Translations under genes and position numbers: made by a program | Sequence record: NC_031107.2 | DNA: 64,000 bases | Reading direction: 5' to 3' (one strand) | Shown: positions 1 to 9,422 of the stretch, piece by piece | Layout of the letters: each line of letters begins with the position of its first letter | Numbering within the stretch: the stretch's first letter is position 1 | Notes under the pieces: generated by a model | What the model saw: the letters and a program-made list of their open reading frames with translations, nothing else | Databases searched by the model: none | What the model was told of the DNA's origin: nothing

Positions 1-177
1 CATGCCAAGGCAGAGGAAGAGAAGAAACCTGAACCTACCGTCGCCCCGACGGTGCCGGAAACGCCGGTCCACGCGGCTACTCCTCCGGTTAAAAAACAAC
101 AGGCGGCGCAACGTCCCGTGGGAGTTCAAGACGCAAACGAGTTCCGCCAAGAAATTCTTAGAACCCTCAATCAGTAG
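1..177 (+). CDS. 3' end of a gene entering the window; Pro/Ala-rich C-terminus, possibly inner-membrane spanin
   Basis: Frame 1 is open from base 1 (HAKAEEEKKPEPTVAPTVPETP...EILRTLNQ) to TAG at 175-177, followed by GGAG RBS for the lipoprotein gene. Confidence 0.5.
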   Translation, partial: HAKAEEEKKPEPTVAPTVPETPVHAATPPVKKQQAAQRPVGVQDANEFRQEILRTLNQ

Positions 178-183
178 GAGTTA

Positions 184-657
184 ATGATGAAAGCCATGCT
201 GTTGGTTGGTGTTTTGTTGCTCGTTGGGTGCAACGGAATACAACGTAACAGCGTTACGGTGCAAACCTCCTCAGGTTGGCCTTTCCGGCAGCTTGAGGAG
301 CCACCATCTGCACCGACGAGTGTGTCCGGTGCGGCGGGGGAATTGGCCAAGAAAGTTTATGTGGCTGATGTAAACGCGTACGCTTATTACGTTTACTTAT
401 ACGCAAAATCCTTGAATACCTACGCGGAAACGCAAGGATGGCATCCACCTATGGTGGCACCGTTATGCGAAGAGTTTGTTTATCCCGAGGTACACGAGAT
501 TCCGATTTTCATCGAGTTGGATGAACGGGCTCGTAGTCCTCAGGCAATCAGCCGTGAGCTTTCACGTCAGCTGAAGATTTTGTTGACCAACTACCGCGCT
601 GACCGTAAAGCCGTCAAAGAGGCCGTTGCTGCTCACAAAGCCACCTGTCTGAACTGA
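184..657 (+). CDS. Lipoprotein, candidate outer-membrane spanin
   Basis: Signal peptide with lipobox LLVG-C, Pro-rich linker, two further Cys and a C-terminal helix; RBS GGAG; followed by a terminator. Confidence 0.5.
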   Translation: MMKAMLLVGVLLLVGCNGIQRNSVTVQTSSGWPFRQLEEPPSAPTSVSGAAGELAKKVYVADVNAYAYYVYLYAKSLNTYAETQGWHPPMVAPLCEEFVYPEVHEIPIFIELDERARSPQAISRELSRQLKILLTNYRADRKAVKEAVAAHKATCLN

Positions 658-661
658 GTCA

Positions 662-700
662 GTCCTCCTATGCCTTCGGGTGTAGGAGGACGCTCTTTTT
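662..700 (+). terminator. Intrinsic terminator
   Basis: gtcctccta-tgcc-TTCG-ggtg-taggaggac followed by a T run. Confidence 0.8.
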
Positions 701-748
701 TAACGTTTTCAACCATCCTAATGTAACCCCCTTATAAGGAAAATTCAA

Positions 749-1480
749 ATGTTACCAGCATACCCCAAAGTTATTGTCCCGACCCTGCCCTCGATTGTCG
801 TGGGGGCTGATGTAGAAACCAAAGCCATTCGCTCTGATGCGTATATCCTGGCGATGGGTCTGGTTGGGTTTGACGTACCGACGATGAAAATGGTCGGTTC
901 TTTTTACAGCACCGTGGACCCGAACGACGAAGCCGCCAAAGCCATCTTCCACGAAGATGAGCAAACCATCGGTTGGTGGCAGGGCAAAGGTGACCCGGAT
1001 TACGCACCGTGTGAAGAAGCGCGGGCCGAAGCCTGGTCAGGAAAAGAAAATATCAAGCAGGTACTGTGGGGAGCGAAAAAGTGGCTGGACGATATTTCTG
1101 CCAACCATCCCATCACCATTACCATGCGCGGGCCGGAGTTTGACTCGCCGATTATCCTCAATGCGTTTGCGCAGTGCGATGTTCCTCCATCGCGCTTCCG
1201 TAAGTTCTCTATTCTGGATTCCGATCGCACAGCTGAACGTCTGTCATACGCGTTTGGTTTGATTCCAGACTACCATGCCGAAGCCCATCACTGGACACGC
1301 GGCAAAGAAGCTTACGAGCACAACGCAGGGTTCGATGCGGCGAAAGAAGCCTATTGTACCGCACGTATTTACCACCTGGCACTGGTCGCGAAGACTTTCG
1401 GCTTCGAACGGATGCTGGAATGTCATCACGAGATGTGCAGTGGGGAGTATGTTGCGCCACAACTGAAAAGCCAGTTATAA
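749..1480 (+). CDS. DEDDh 3'-5' exonuclease (DnaQ/RNase T-like)
   Basis: ExoI GADVET, ExoII RGPEFD and ExoIII HNAGFDA motifs; RBS AAGGA. Confidence 0.75.
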   Translation: MLPAYPKVIVPTLPSIVVGADVETKAIRSDAYILAMGLVGFDVPTMKMVGSFYSTVDPNDEAAKAIFHEDEQTIGWWQGKGDPDYAPCEEARAEAWSGKENIKQVLWGAKKWLDDISANHPITITMRGPEFDSPIILNAFAQCDVPPSRFRKFSILDSDRTAERLSYAFGLIPDYHAEAHHWTRGKEAYEHNAGFDAAKEAYCTARIYHLALVAKTFGFERMLECHHEMCSGEYVAPQLKSQL

Positions 1481-1495
1481 GCTAAGAGAATAACA

Positions 1496-3007
1496 ATGAG
1501 AGACGTCGACGTAGCTGTTATCTACACAGACGGTAGCCACACAACTGCCCCGCTTGGTACCGGGGCAGGTATTCACGGTTACCTGTTCAACCATGGGATG
1601 ATGGAAGCAGAAGTGGGCTACCGCCATCCCAGTATTTCGGAAGCGATTACAACAGGAGGTTACAAGCAGGTCACGAAGGATACCAAACTTCCTGACGTGC
1701 CTGAGGATGTACAGTTCGTCGACGCTGTTGTGCCTGTGCCGAAAGAATTCTATTCTGACGTGGGTGAGTTAATTGCGTTCTTGACTTTGTTTGAAAGTGC
1801 GCCGTTTCAGGCACGCAACTATGTCATCTTTGTTGACGCCTCCTACGTGGTCAACACCTTTAACCAATGGATTGACGGTTGGGCAAAGAACGGCTGGCGT
1901 AAAGCAGACGGTACCCCTATCGCGAATGCCGAATTGATTCAGCGTGTCTGGGATGTCAAGCAACGCCTGAAAAAGGAAGGTCGGGGTGTTAAGGTTATCA
2001 AAATCAAAGGTCACTCTGGACGATATGGTAACGAACGTGCTGATGAGATGGCGCGTAAAGGCTCAGCTATCTCTGCAACCGGTGAAGGGGTTTTGTACCA
2101 AGCCTACTGGTCACAAGACGAACTCCCGGCGAGTGCCGAACCGGAAATCATAGGTGCGGGTAATGACATGGCGGCATACTCACCCGTGTGCACCATGAAA
2201 TACTGCTATCCGGTTGTGGAAGAAATCCCGCCTACTGCTGAGATTAATGGTGAAACGTTCCATTACATGTTCGGTGGCAACCACGCAAAGAACAAGGACG
2301 ATTTGGTGTTTATCGGGAAGATGATCCCGGATGCACACTTTGCCGTGTTGTTCACTAAGACCCCATGGGACAATGTGTATACGCTCGTGAACACGCATAA
2401 CCAGCAGGCGTGGGATGAAGTGCCGCGCAGTCGTCGTTATCAGCCGGTGGCCATTCTGAACAACGAGTTTGTCAAGCGTAAGAAGTTTGCCGAGGCGGCG
2501 AAAGACGGTATTCCGGTTTCGGAAATGCGGTTTAGCGAAGATAAGAACGTCTGGTTCTACGACGACCTGGCTATCTCGCGTATGCTGCGCCCGCCATTGC
2601 TGTCGTATCGTGCATTAAAGATTCGCGATGAGTTGGCAGCGTGGTTAAACGACACTTTGCTGGGCAAACCGCGGGTAGTGTTAAACGACATTACCGATAT
2701 GCTGTATGACGAGAACGGAAAGCCTCGCAAAGACTTCTATCGTTCCGTTGACCGTAGCTTCGATGTGAAGTTGAAGATTCCGGATGGGAAAGTCGAGATA
2801 CCGGTTATCCTGACGCGCTCCATCGACATTCCGTCGCGTACGGAACTTAACCGTATCAAAGAACCCGAGGGACGTTTCTACGTTGCAGTAACACGGCCAC
2901 AAGAGCGTTACATCGAGTATGCCATTGTGTACATCGGTAAAGAGTATCACGGTCTATGGTGTGCTTACTACGCGAACAAACGTATCCTGAACGACAAAGA
3001 GGTATAA
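1496..3007 (+). CDS. rnhA: Ribonuclease HI with long C-terminal extension (phiKZ-like)
   Basis: IYTDGS, VGELIA, VDASYV, WAKNGWRKADG and KIKGHSGRYGNERADEMAR motifs. Confidence 0.9.
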   Translation: MRDVDVAVIYTDGSHTTAPLGTGAGIHGYLFNHGMMEAEVGYRHPSISEAITTGGYKQVTKDTKLPDVPEDVQFVDAVVPVPKEFYSDVGELIAFLTLFESAPFQARNYVIFVDASYVVNTFNQWIDGWAKNGWRKADGTPIANAELIQRVWDVKQRLKKEGRGVKVIKIKGHSGRYGNERADEMARKGSAISATGEGVLYQAYWSQDELPASAEPEIIGAGNDMAAYSPVCTMKYCYPVVEEIPPTAEINGETFHYMFGGNHAKNKDDLVFIGKMIPDAHFAVLFTKTPWDNVYTLVNTHNQQAWDEVPRSRRYQPVAILNNEFVKRKKFAEAAKDGIPVSEMRFSEDKNVWFYDDLAISRMLRPPLLSYRALKIRDELAAWLNDTLLGKPRVVLNDITDMLYDENGKPRKDFYRSVDRSFDVKLKIPDGKVEIPVILTRSIDIPSRTELNRIKEPEGRFYVAVTRPQERYIEYAIVYIGKEYHGLWCAYYANKRILNDKEV

Positions 3008-3008
3008 C

Positions 3009-3743
3009 ATGAAGCGAGTCGTGAGTGAGTCACTCACGCTCCACGCACAGAGTTTGATTAAGTGTGTGGAGCAATACGGTTGGCAGTCCTGGTTATCGCA
3101 TCTACGACTGATGGACGATACGCTGGAACGGGACTGGGACAAACTGGAAGTGGTGGGTGCTGAGGCTGCTCGCGACGTTGTCGCTGAATTGGTCACGGAT
3201 ACGATTGCGCGTTACAACGCTCGCTGCGATGAACCCATTCCTAAAACGGTTCCGCCGCAAATACCGCCACTCCCGACCATCGACCGTCAGGCATGTCGTA
3301 TCTGGACAATGGAGGAGCTGTATGATGAACATGTCCGGATGCTTAAACCAGATGTGTTAATCACGGGTGCGTTGAACTGGTATCTCACCCGTTTTTGGTC
3401 GGAGCTGTGTTCTATCGGTAACGACTGGGATAATAACCCGCAGGTTATCTGGTACGATCGCCAGCAATTCCATGAGTCGCTGAAAGGCGGATCAATCTGC
3501 CCGTTATACGTTATCACCAGCCCACAACAGTTGAACTTCGTCACCGAGGCGGATACGTACAGTGGTCTGGTTGAAGCAGTGGCAACCAACCCGATGGGCT
3601 TTTACAAACAGGGCGATGCGTGGATATTGACCGATGACATGTCTGGGTATCTGCTAGACCCGGATGATTTACACTCGGACGATGACCACTTCATTGAATA
3701 CTGGGTGTTAACCGAGGAAGCCCTTCGAAAAACTTTCAAATAG
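3009..3743 (+). CDS. Hypothetical protein
   Basis: 244-aa ORF starting 1 nt after the RNase H stop. Confidence 0.7.
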   Translation: MKRVVSESLTLHAQSLIKCVEQYGWQSWLSHLRLMDDTLERDWDKLEVVGAEAARDVVAELVTDTIARYNARCDEPIPKTVPPQIPPLPTIDRQACRIWTMEELYDEHVRMLKPDVLITGALNWYLTRFWSELCSIGNDWDNNPQVIWYDRQQFHESLKGGSICPLYVITSPQQLNFVTEADTYSGLVEAVATNPMGFYKQGDAWILTDDMSGYLLDPDDLHSDDDHFIEYWVLTEEALRKTFK

Positions 3744-3751
3744 ATATTATC
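3742..3751 (+). promoter_or_regulatory. Candidate phage promoter motif AGATATTATC (copy 1)
   Basis: Identical 10-mer also at 13448 and 60156; each copy lies 32-36 nt upstream of a start codon with an A-run about 10-14 nt further upstream. Confidence 0.6.
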
Positions 3752-3783
3752 TGTACGAACTGCACCACCTTAAGGAGTATGTA

Positions 3784-4518
3784 ATGCTAAAGGTACAGGT
3801 GCCACAATTGCAGAAAATCAACCCCTCGTTATTCGAGGGGTTTTTCTATAAATTTTGGCCTCACTACTTTCGCGACGAACTCAATGACAATCTGAACTGG
3901 GGGCTGTTGCAAAACGAGTTCTTTTATGTTGGTCAAAGCGTTGCCATTTCTGTCTATGCGGCGATGTTGCGGGAACTGTTCGACTCGGTGAATCTGGGCC
4001 GACAACCGATGTATCACCACGTCGAGGTGGATTTAGGGATTCACTACGATGCGTACGAAGCAGAGGGAATTGGGCAGGAGTACGGTTTCACGGATGAAGA
4101 AGTGGAGTCAGCCATCTACGTTTGGGTTGAGCGTTACTCCAACTGGCTGATGAACCTGGACATGGTAAACCAAATCTCGGGTGCTTTTGATGGTGTGTAT
4201 CAGGAATTGCGCATCATCATGAACACACACCATTTGCTCGGTTACTGGTACGAGTTTTACACCACGGAGTCCAAACTGTGGTCGTCAAACAGTATCGCTA
4301 TCGGGATTCAGGAAGGTGATTACGAAGCGGTGCATTACGGGCCGTGGCAAGGACATGCCGGAGACAGTTTCTACCAGAAGATGGATGTGCACTCCTGGGA
4401 GTTCTTCTTATCAAACGGGAAGATGTATTTGGAAGACGGGGCGACCCAGATTCCAGTTGGGCAGATGACCACTATGTGTCGTCTGAATGATTTAGTCGGT
4501 ACCACCATTAACTTTTAA
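3784..4518 (+). CDS. Hypothetical protein
   Basis: 244-aa ORF with AAGGAG RBS. Confidence 0.8.
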   Translation: MLKVQVPQLQKINPSLFEGFFYKFWPHYFRDELNDNLNWGLLQNEFFYVGQSVAISVYAAMLRELFDSVNLGRQPMYHHVEVDLGIHYDAYEAEGIGQEYGFTDEEVESAIYVWVERYSNWLMNLDMVNQISGAFDGVYQELRIIMNTHHLLGYWYEFYTTESKLWSSNSIAIGIQEGDYEAVHYGPWQGHAGDSFYQKMDVHSWEFFLSNGKMYLEDGATQIPVGQMTTMCRLNDLVGTTINF

Positions 4519-4534
4519 ACCTTTAGGAGCATTT

Positions 4535-4912
4535 ATGATTCACGCCGAAATGAAAGAACTGATTGAAAACAACCTGGACGCGGGCCTGGTACTCTACATC
4601 ATCCATCCGGAGCTTAAGCAGGAGTGGTTGCAGGGACGTATTACCGATTTACGCTGGGCGGTGTTAGACACCGACGGCCAAATGGCCATCAAAGACATGG
4701 GACGTACCTTGCGGCAGGTAGCAGTCGACAATGGCAAGCTGGTTCAGGTGAAGACCACTCAATCGGACAGCTACTGCGCTTTCTCCAATGAAGCAGATGT
4801 GGTTGTCCTCGTGGGCTTCGAAGAAGAGAACTCGCCGTACTTTGGTGAGAATGTTATCATCGCGAAGTTCCGTGCTGTGACCGAACTCCCTCGAAAGGTC
4901 TTCCCGATTTGA
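4535..4912 (+). CDS. Hypothetical protein
   Basis: 125-aa ORF with AGGAG RBS. Confidence 0.8.
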   Translation: MIHAEMKELIENNLDAGLVLYIIHPELKQEWLQGRITDLRWAVLDTDGQMAIKDMGRTLRQVAVDNGKLVQVKTTQSDSYCAFSNEADVVVLVGFEEENSPYFGENVIIAKFRAVTELPRKVFPI

Positions 4913-5715
4913 AGCGGGTTAAGATGTACGCGTTGCTGATGTTGGACGACTGGTTTCAACATCAGACAACAAACAAGAAAGCGGCGAAGATAGCGTACCT
5001 CGTCATGGCGAAGGTCATCAGTGAACTGCGCTGGGACCATTCGTGTTTCTTTGAACAGATGTTGCGTCTGCTGTGTCACGATTTTGACAAATGGGAATAC
5101 GGTATCAAGCGTGACCGTATGTTTGACGTGTGGTGGGTGGTCTCTGAGGAAGAGGAGTCGTGGTTCAAACGCGACACTACCGAAGCTGAACGCATCATCA
5201 TGAAAATGTTGTTCGATGATTCAGATCCTCGCTCATTACGCATCCATAACCGGATGTACCAAATGGGTGAGAACTGGCTCTGGGCAACACAGGAAATTGC
5301 GGCGTCATTAAACAGCCCGGTCACGGTGGCCTCTTACGGAGACCTGCTGGCCCACAATCTGTGGTTCGGTGGTGATGAAGAGGAGTACGGTGACGCGGTT
5401 GTTGAGTTGTATCTCCACCCCGAAGATGCGGAATGGCCAGAATTGATTGCTAAGTACCCAACCGAGGATTACATCTGGTTGGTACGCGGTGTGTTCTGGG
5501 AGCCGATACTGGATGTGGTCTGCCATAAAGGCGTCACCATTCTTGACCGCTCAACCATTGTGCAACAGATGATCAGGAATATTGGCTATGATGACGGTAT
5601 ACAGTCAAGCATTGCTGGAGCTGCAGGAGGTGTTTGCGCACGCACAGCCAGAGGGGCTACCGACGGAATCAAAGAAGGGGCCGGTCTACCTGTTAGTGGC
5701 GGAGATGCTGATTAA
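4909..5715 (+). CDS. Hypothetical protein (Trp/acid-rich); 3' end overlaps the next gene
   Basis: ORF coupled to the upstream stop (TTGA overlap); the start could be ATG 4924. Confidence 0.7.
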   Translation: MKRVKMYALLMLDDWFQHQTTNKKAAKIAYLVMAKVISELRWDHSCFFEQMLRLLCHDFDKWEYGIKRDRMFDVWWVVSEEEESWFKRDTTEAERIIMKMLFDDSDPRSLRIHNRMYQMGENWLWATQEIAASLNSPVTVASYGDLLAHNLWFGGDEEEYGDAVVELYLHPEDAEWPELIAKYPTEDYIWLVRGVFWEPILDVVCHKGVTILDRSTIVQQMIRNIGYDDGIQSSIAGAAGGVCARTARGATDGIKEGAGLPVSGGDAD

Positions 5716-6034
5716 CAATAGCCTTATCGCTATCAGCCGTCTTCACGATGGTACTGAACTTGAACCGAAAGACTATGAACGGGTACTGGCCAATCTGCGT
5801 GAGCAGTATAAGTTAGTTACCAAAAACGAACACTGGGCCGCAGCGGTCGCAATCATGCGGACCGTTATGAAGATGAAACCTGATCTTCCAAACACCATGA
5901 TGCAGGAGCTGATGTCAACCGGGCATCATGGTATTGGGTTGGTGTACAATGCCGTTGACCTGGTGCGGTGTTCTTATCGCCTTCGTCAACCTGTTGATGA
6001 TGTAATTGATAATCTTGCCTTAAGGAGTATGTGA
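5588..6034 (+). CDS. Hypothetical protein
   Basis: ATG 5588 with AGGA RBS; GTGA overlap with the next gene. Confidence 0.65.
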   Translation: MMTVYSQALLELQEVFAHAQPEGLPTESKKGPVYLLVAEMLINNSLIAISRLHDGTELEPKDYERVLANLREQYKLVTKNEHWAAAVAIMRTVMKMKPDLPNTMMQELMSTGHHGIGLVYNAVDLVRCSYRLRQPVDDVIDNLALRSM

Positions 6035-6570
6035 TGCGTTTAATCATCGACTTCGCTTTAACTGAATCCAGACAGTATCTGGATGAAGTTTTAACGAGGA
6101 TGAAGAACGCCGTGGAGTTCGAGCTGGTTGATGCTTTCGAGGCATACGCCAGTAAACTCTCCGACGAGCGGGAAGGAAAAGAGGTTGTTATCCTTGATTA
6201 TCAGGCCATGGTTAACATGGCCGTGATGCAAATGGGTGCGCAACTCAAAAACCTCCTTAGCCATCCGCACACGTTTGAAATCACCAACGTGGATAAAGAC
6301 TTTTCGTTGTTACTTGATGAAGCATTTCGTCAGGCGGTGTCGTCAACGGAAAATGTCAAAGTAGAGGACTTTACCGAACTCTACGTGGCGTTGGTAGAGA
6401 AGGGTGGCGATGTTCAGATCACCGACACCATCGGCTGGAAGGATGTGCTGGATGAGCAGCGCCTGGCGCGCGTCTCTAAAATCTATCGCGATGCGCAAGT
6501 CGCGGTGTTGGATATCTGTCGGCAAGAGATTGCCTACCTCGGCGAAAAATATGGGAAGGTCGCACAATGA
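6031..6570 (+). CDS. Hypothetical alpha-helical acidic protein
   Basis: AAGGAG RBS, coupled ORF. Confidence 0.8.
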   Translation: MMRLIIDFALTESRQYLDEVLTRMKNAVEFELVDAFEAYASKLSDEREGKEVVILDYQAMVNMAVMQMGAQLKNLLSHPHTFEITNVDKDFSLLLDEAFRQAVSSTENVKVEDFTELYVALVEKGGDVQITDTIGWKDVLDEQRLARVSKIYRDAQVAVLDICRQEIAYLGEKYGKVAQ

Positions 6571-7085
6571 AAATTTACTTTAACCTCACGGACGATAAAC
6601 TGCGCGAGATTTGGCCGAAGGCAATGAACGGCCTGCGTGACCAGACGCATGAGCTGGTCAAAGCCCATATGGGCCCGGAACTGGTCTATTACAGCATGAC
6701 CATCACCAACACGGTGCTCGGTGAGCTGTACTGGCGCGTGGGCGAACTCTCTCGTACCATCGGGACGTTTGAGTACGACAGCAGTGACTTAACCGATGGG
6801 AACATGGAGAAGAATATCAGTCGCTTCACTATGGAACTGAAAGTCGATGAAGTTATCGACGAAATCGGTAAGCATTTCAACGACAAAGCTGCGCGTGAGA
6901 AATGGCTCAACGAGCAGCACAGCGAAGACCGTTCGGTGGAAGCCTTGCGCACCTTTAAGTGGGATGAGTTCTATCCTGCTTATATCAGCGCAGTTACTAA
7001 CACACTGCGTGAGTTGGAAGAAGAGGTGTGGAAAAGCATCACGGAAACCATTAACACGCTGGTCATCCACATCGAGAAGAAGTGA
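6567..7085 (+). CDS. Hypothetical alpha-helical acidic protein
   Basis: ATGA overlap, 172 aa. Confidence 0.8.
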   Translation: MKIYFNLTDDKLREIWPKAMNGLRDQTHELVKAHMGPELVYYSMTITNTVLGELYWRVGELSRTIGTFEYDSSDLTDGNMEKNISRFTMELKVDEVIDEIGKHFNDKAAREKWLNEQHSEDRSVEALRTFKWDEFYPAYISAVTNTLRELEEEVWKSITETINTLVIHIEKK

Positions 7086-7579
7086 TGCGTATTTACGTAG
7101 ACTTCAACACGACCACGGTCTACGATGGTTTTGCGCTGGGGTATGAGGGTATCTTAGAACGCACCCTGGCGCACCATCGCACACTGGTTGCCCATCACCA
7201 CAACGAACGTGTACGTGAGAACGTGGAGTATTACAAATCGAAGGCATACGAGTCGCACTTATCGTCGATTCTGTACAAAGCCTTCGGGGCGTTTAACACG
7301 TTGATGGCATCACAGTTGCTTTGCATCAATACTGAACAACCTGACCATAAAGACGATGACCCGGTAGAACGCCTGACTAATATGGCCTTGTCTGATGCGG
7401 TGCGGGAAATTGTTCAGTTGGATGAGCACCAGGAACTCGAGTATCTGTTGTTTGATGAAGAGGTAACGGACTTACTTTATCAGGAGCTTGATGAGTTCCG
7501 TGAAGAGTTAATCCGTATCATCAAAACCGAGATACAAGAGGCGCTGAAAGCTGCCATCGTTCGGGTGAAAAAACAGTGA
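7082..7579 (+). CDS. Hypothetical alpha-helical acidic protein
   Basis: GTGA overlap, 165 aa, terminator follows. Confidence 0.8.
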   Translation: MMRIYVDFNTTTVYDGFALGYEGILERTLAHHRTLVAHHHNERVRENVEYYKSKAYESHLSSILYKAFGAFNTLMASQLLCINTEQPDHKDDDPVERLTNMALSDAVREIVQLDEHQELEYLLFDEEVTDLLYQELDEFREELIRIIKTEIQEALKAAIVRVKKQ

Positions 7580-7582
7580 GCG

Positions 7583-7615
7583 TACCCACTCCCTGAGGGG
7601 TGGGTATTTTATTTT
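7583..7615 (+). terminator. Intrinsic terminator
   Basis: tacccac-tccc-tga-gggg/gtgggta stem plus T-rich tail. Confidence 0.75.
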
Positions 7616-7647
7616 AGTTCGTCGACAATTGCCTTAAGGATAACGGG

Positions 7648-8574
7648 ATGCCTATATCTAAAGAACGTGAAGATGCTTATTTAAAGTCACTGGGAATTAA
7701 CCGTGCCGATGCAGAAACGCCGGGTGGCTTTCTCACCACGCTGTGTAAGATTCGCGAACGTACTGAGCCGGTTAATCCGGTTGAAGAGTACGTGGTTGCG
7801 CACGACGGCGTAGTAGACCAATGGTTTATTCCACCTGAACACTTTATTTCACTGAATAAAGGCGAGCAATACGGTTCAGATATGATTGCATCCATTGCAT
7901 TTGGTTACCGCTACGGCGGCGTGCAGTTGGTTGGCGATTCCTTTATGTTTGAACAAGTGTTAAACGGTGAGCCACTCACGGAGTTGCCGCGTGACTGGAT
8001 AGACAAACTACCGGGCTGGACAGTGGAATACCCCATCACGTTTATTCGCCAAGACGAAACAAAAGAACAGATGAGTCAATTTCTTTCTCGTCGGCGGGTA
8101 AAGGGAAAAGATTGTTTAGTGCTGAGCATGTTCCTGGCATCGCGTGATGATACCATGAAGATTGAAGTGGTGGAAATCATAGATGCTGGAAATGGTTTTG
8201 TGTCTTTCGGTCCTGTCTATGGTGAACTTACCGAGGGAGTGCTTCGCTTCCTGACTGCCGGGCTCTTTATGTGCTCGCTTATCCCTCACCATCCTGCACC
8301 TCAGGTGTACACCAAAAGCAAGAAAAAGAAAACCGTTACCAACTACCATATTCAGCCGCGCTCTAAGCCTGTTGTTGTCTCGACGTTAAAGGAACAGGAG
8401 AACTACCTCCGCGAGTACGGTACCAGCACAGAGGGTTTACGTGTGAGCAGTCGTAAGGCTCACATGCGCGTGGCACACTGGCAATCATTCTGGACAGGGC
8501 CGCGTAACAGTGAACGTAAGAAAATCGTAAAGTGGATACCGCCAACCTTTGTCCGGGGTTTCGTTGCGGTTTAA
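7648..8574 (+). CDS. Hypothetical protein with basic C-terminal R-x-x-H-x-R-x-x-H-W motif
   Basis: RKAHMRVAHWQSFWTG...KWIPPTFV; AAGGA RBS; flanked by terminators. Confidence 0.75.
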   Translation: MPISKEREDAYLKSLGINRADAETPGGFLTTLCKIRERTEPVNPVEEYVVAHDGVVDQWFIPPEHFISLNKGEQYGSDMIASIAFGYRYGGVQLVGDSFMFEQVLNGEPLTELPRDWIDKLPGWTVEYPITFIRQDETKEQMSQFLSRRRVKGKDCLVLSMFLASRDDTMKIEVVEIIDAGNGFVSFGPVYGELTEGVLRFLTAGLFMCSLIPHHPAPQVYTKSKKKKTVTNYHIQPRSKPVVVSTLKEQENYLREYGTSTEGLRVSSRKAHMRVAHWQSFWTGPRNSERKKIVKWIPPTFVRGFVAV

Positions 8575-8581
8575 ATAAAGT

Positions 8582-8625
8582 GTACCCACTCCTCACGGGA
8601 GTGGGTACTGCTTTCTTTTTTTGTT
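8582..8625 (+). terminator. Intrinsic terminator between convergent genes
   Basis: 11-bp stem gtacccactcc/ggagtgggtac followed by a T tract. Confidence 0.8.
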
Positions 8626-9380
8626 TATTTTTTGTTCGATTTGAGCTCTTTCAGGCGCTCGCCGGTGATGTTCAAACATTCAACCAGTTCGTTAACCTGC
8701 TTCATGAACAGACCGAACAGTTCTACCCAGTCACTGCCACAGTCAACCATCTGGGTCAACTCTTTGGCAACGTTCGGGTGAACCGTGGCATCGACAATCA
8801 CATCCACGGACGCATGGATGGATTCAATAGTGCGGTCAACGTTTGCCCGCAGCTTTTTGGTCAGCTCCAGGTTCAGCGCTTTTGCACGATTAAAGGCCAC
8901 GTCGATTTCGCCCGCACTGTGATATGTACGCTCGATAGGACGTTGGTCGATAACGTTGTTGGTGTAAGACTTCGCCAACTTGTCGACCAGGTCTTTAGGG
9001 TTGATGTTCTTTAACTGGAACTTCACGTCTTTATAACGGAAGCCCACAGGCAAAGACAGCATACCCACTTCGTGTGTAAGGGCCGATAATTGTTTGTCGA
9101 TGGGTTGCAGGACGCCTTCGTGGATTTTCTGCAGCGTATCCCAGACCGACTCCAGCCTTTCAATATGATCCATAACGTACGTATTGAAGCCTGGCGGCAC
9201 AGGTACCAGCATCCCGGTAAAGTTCAGGAACTTCTCTTGCTGCATCCACTTGGAGACATCAGACATGTCATCATACGTGGTCAGCGCCAGTTCCTGTTGG
9301 GGGCCGGTAAAGCCTTTCGGCAGAATCGCTGCGGCTTTGGCAACAAAGCCCGACAACGCTGCAAGTGGATTAGCATTCAT
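8625..9380 (-). CDS. Probable virion (head) protein, phiKZ-like
   Basis: 251-aa helical ORF with GAGG RBS and upstream CTTAGTATG late-type motif; position next to uvsX as in SPN3US-like phages (recalled). Confidence 0.55.
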   Translation of the reverse strand: MNANPLAALSGFVAKAAAILPKGFTGPQQELALTTYDDMSDVSKWMQQEKFLNFTGMLVPVPPGFNTYVMDHIERLESVWDTLQKIHEGVLQPIDKQLSALTHEVGMLSLPVGFRYKDVKFQLKNINPKDLVDKLAKSYTNNVIDQRPIERTYHSAGEIDVAFNRAKALNLELTKKLRANVDRTIESIHASVDVIVDATVHPNVAKELTQMVDCGSDWVELFGLFMKQVNELVECLNITGERLKELKSNKK

Positions 9381-9413
9381 ACTCTTAACCTCGGAAATAA
9401 GGGGATTGGGCTA

Positions 9414-9422
9414 CATACTAAG
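9414..9422 (-). promoter_or_regulatory. Candidate late promoter CTTAGTATG
   Basis: Same 9-mer lies upstream of the tail sheath gene (51194-51202); contains TATG as in phiKZ late promoters. Confidence 0.5.
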
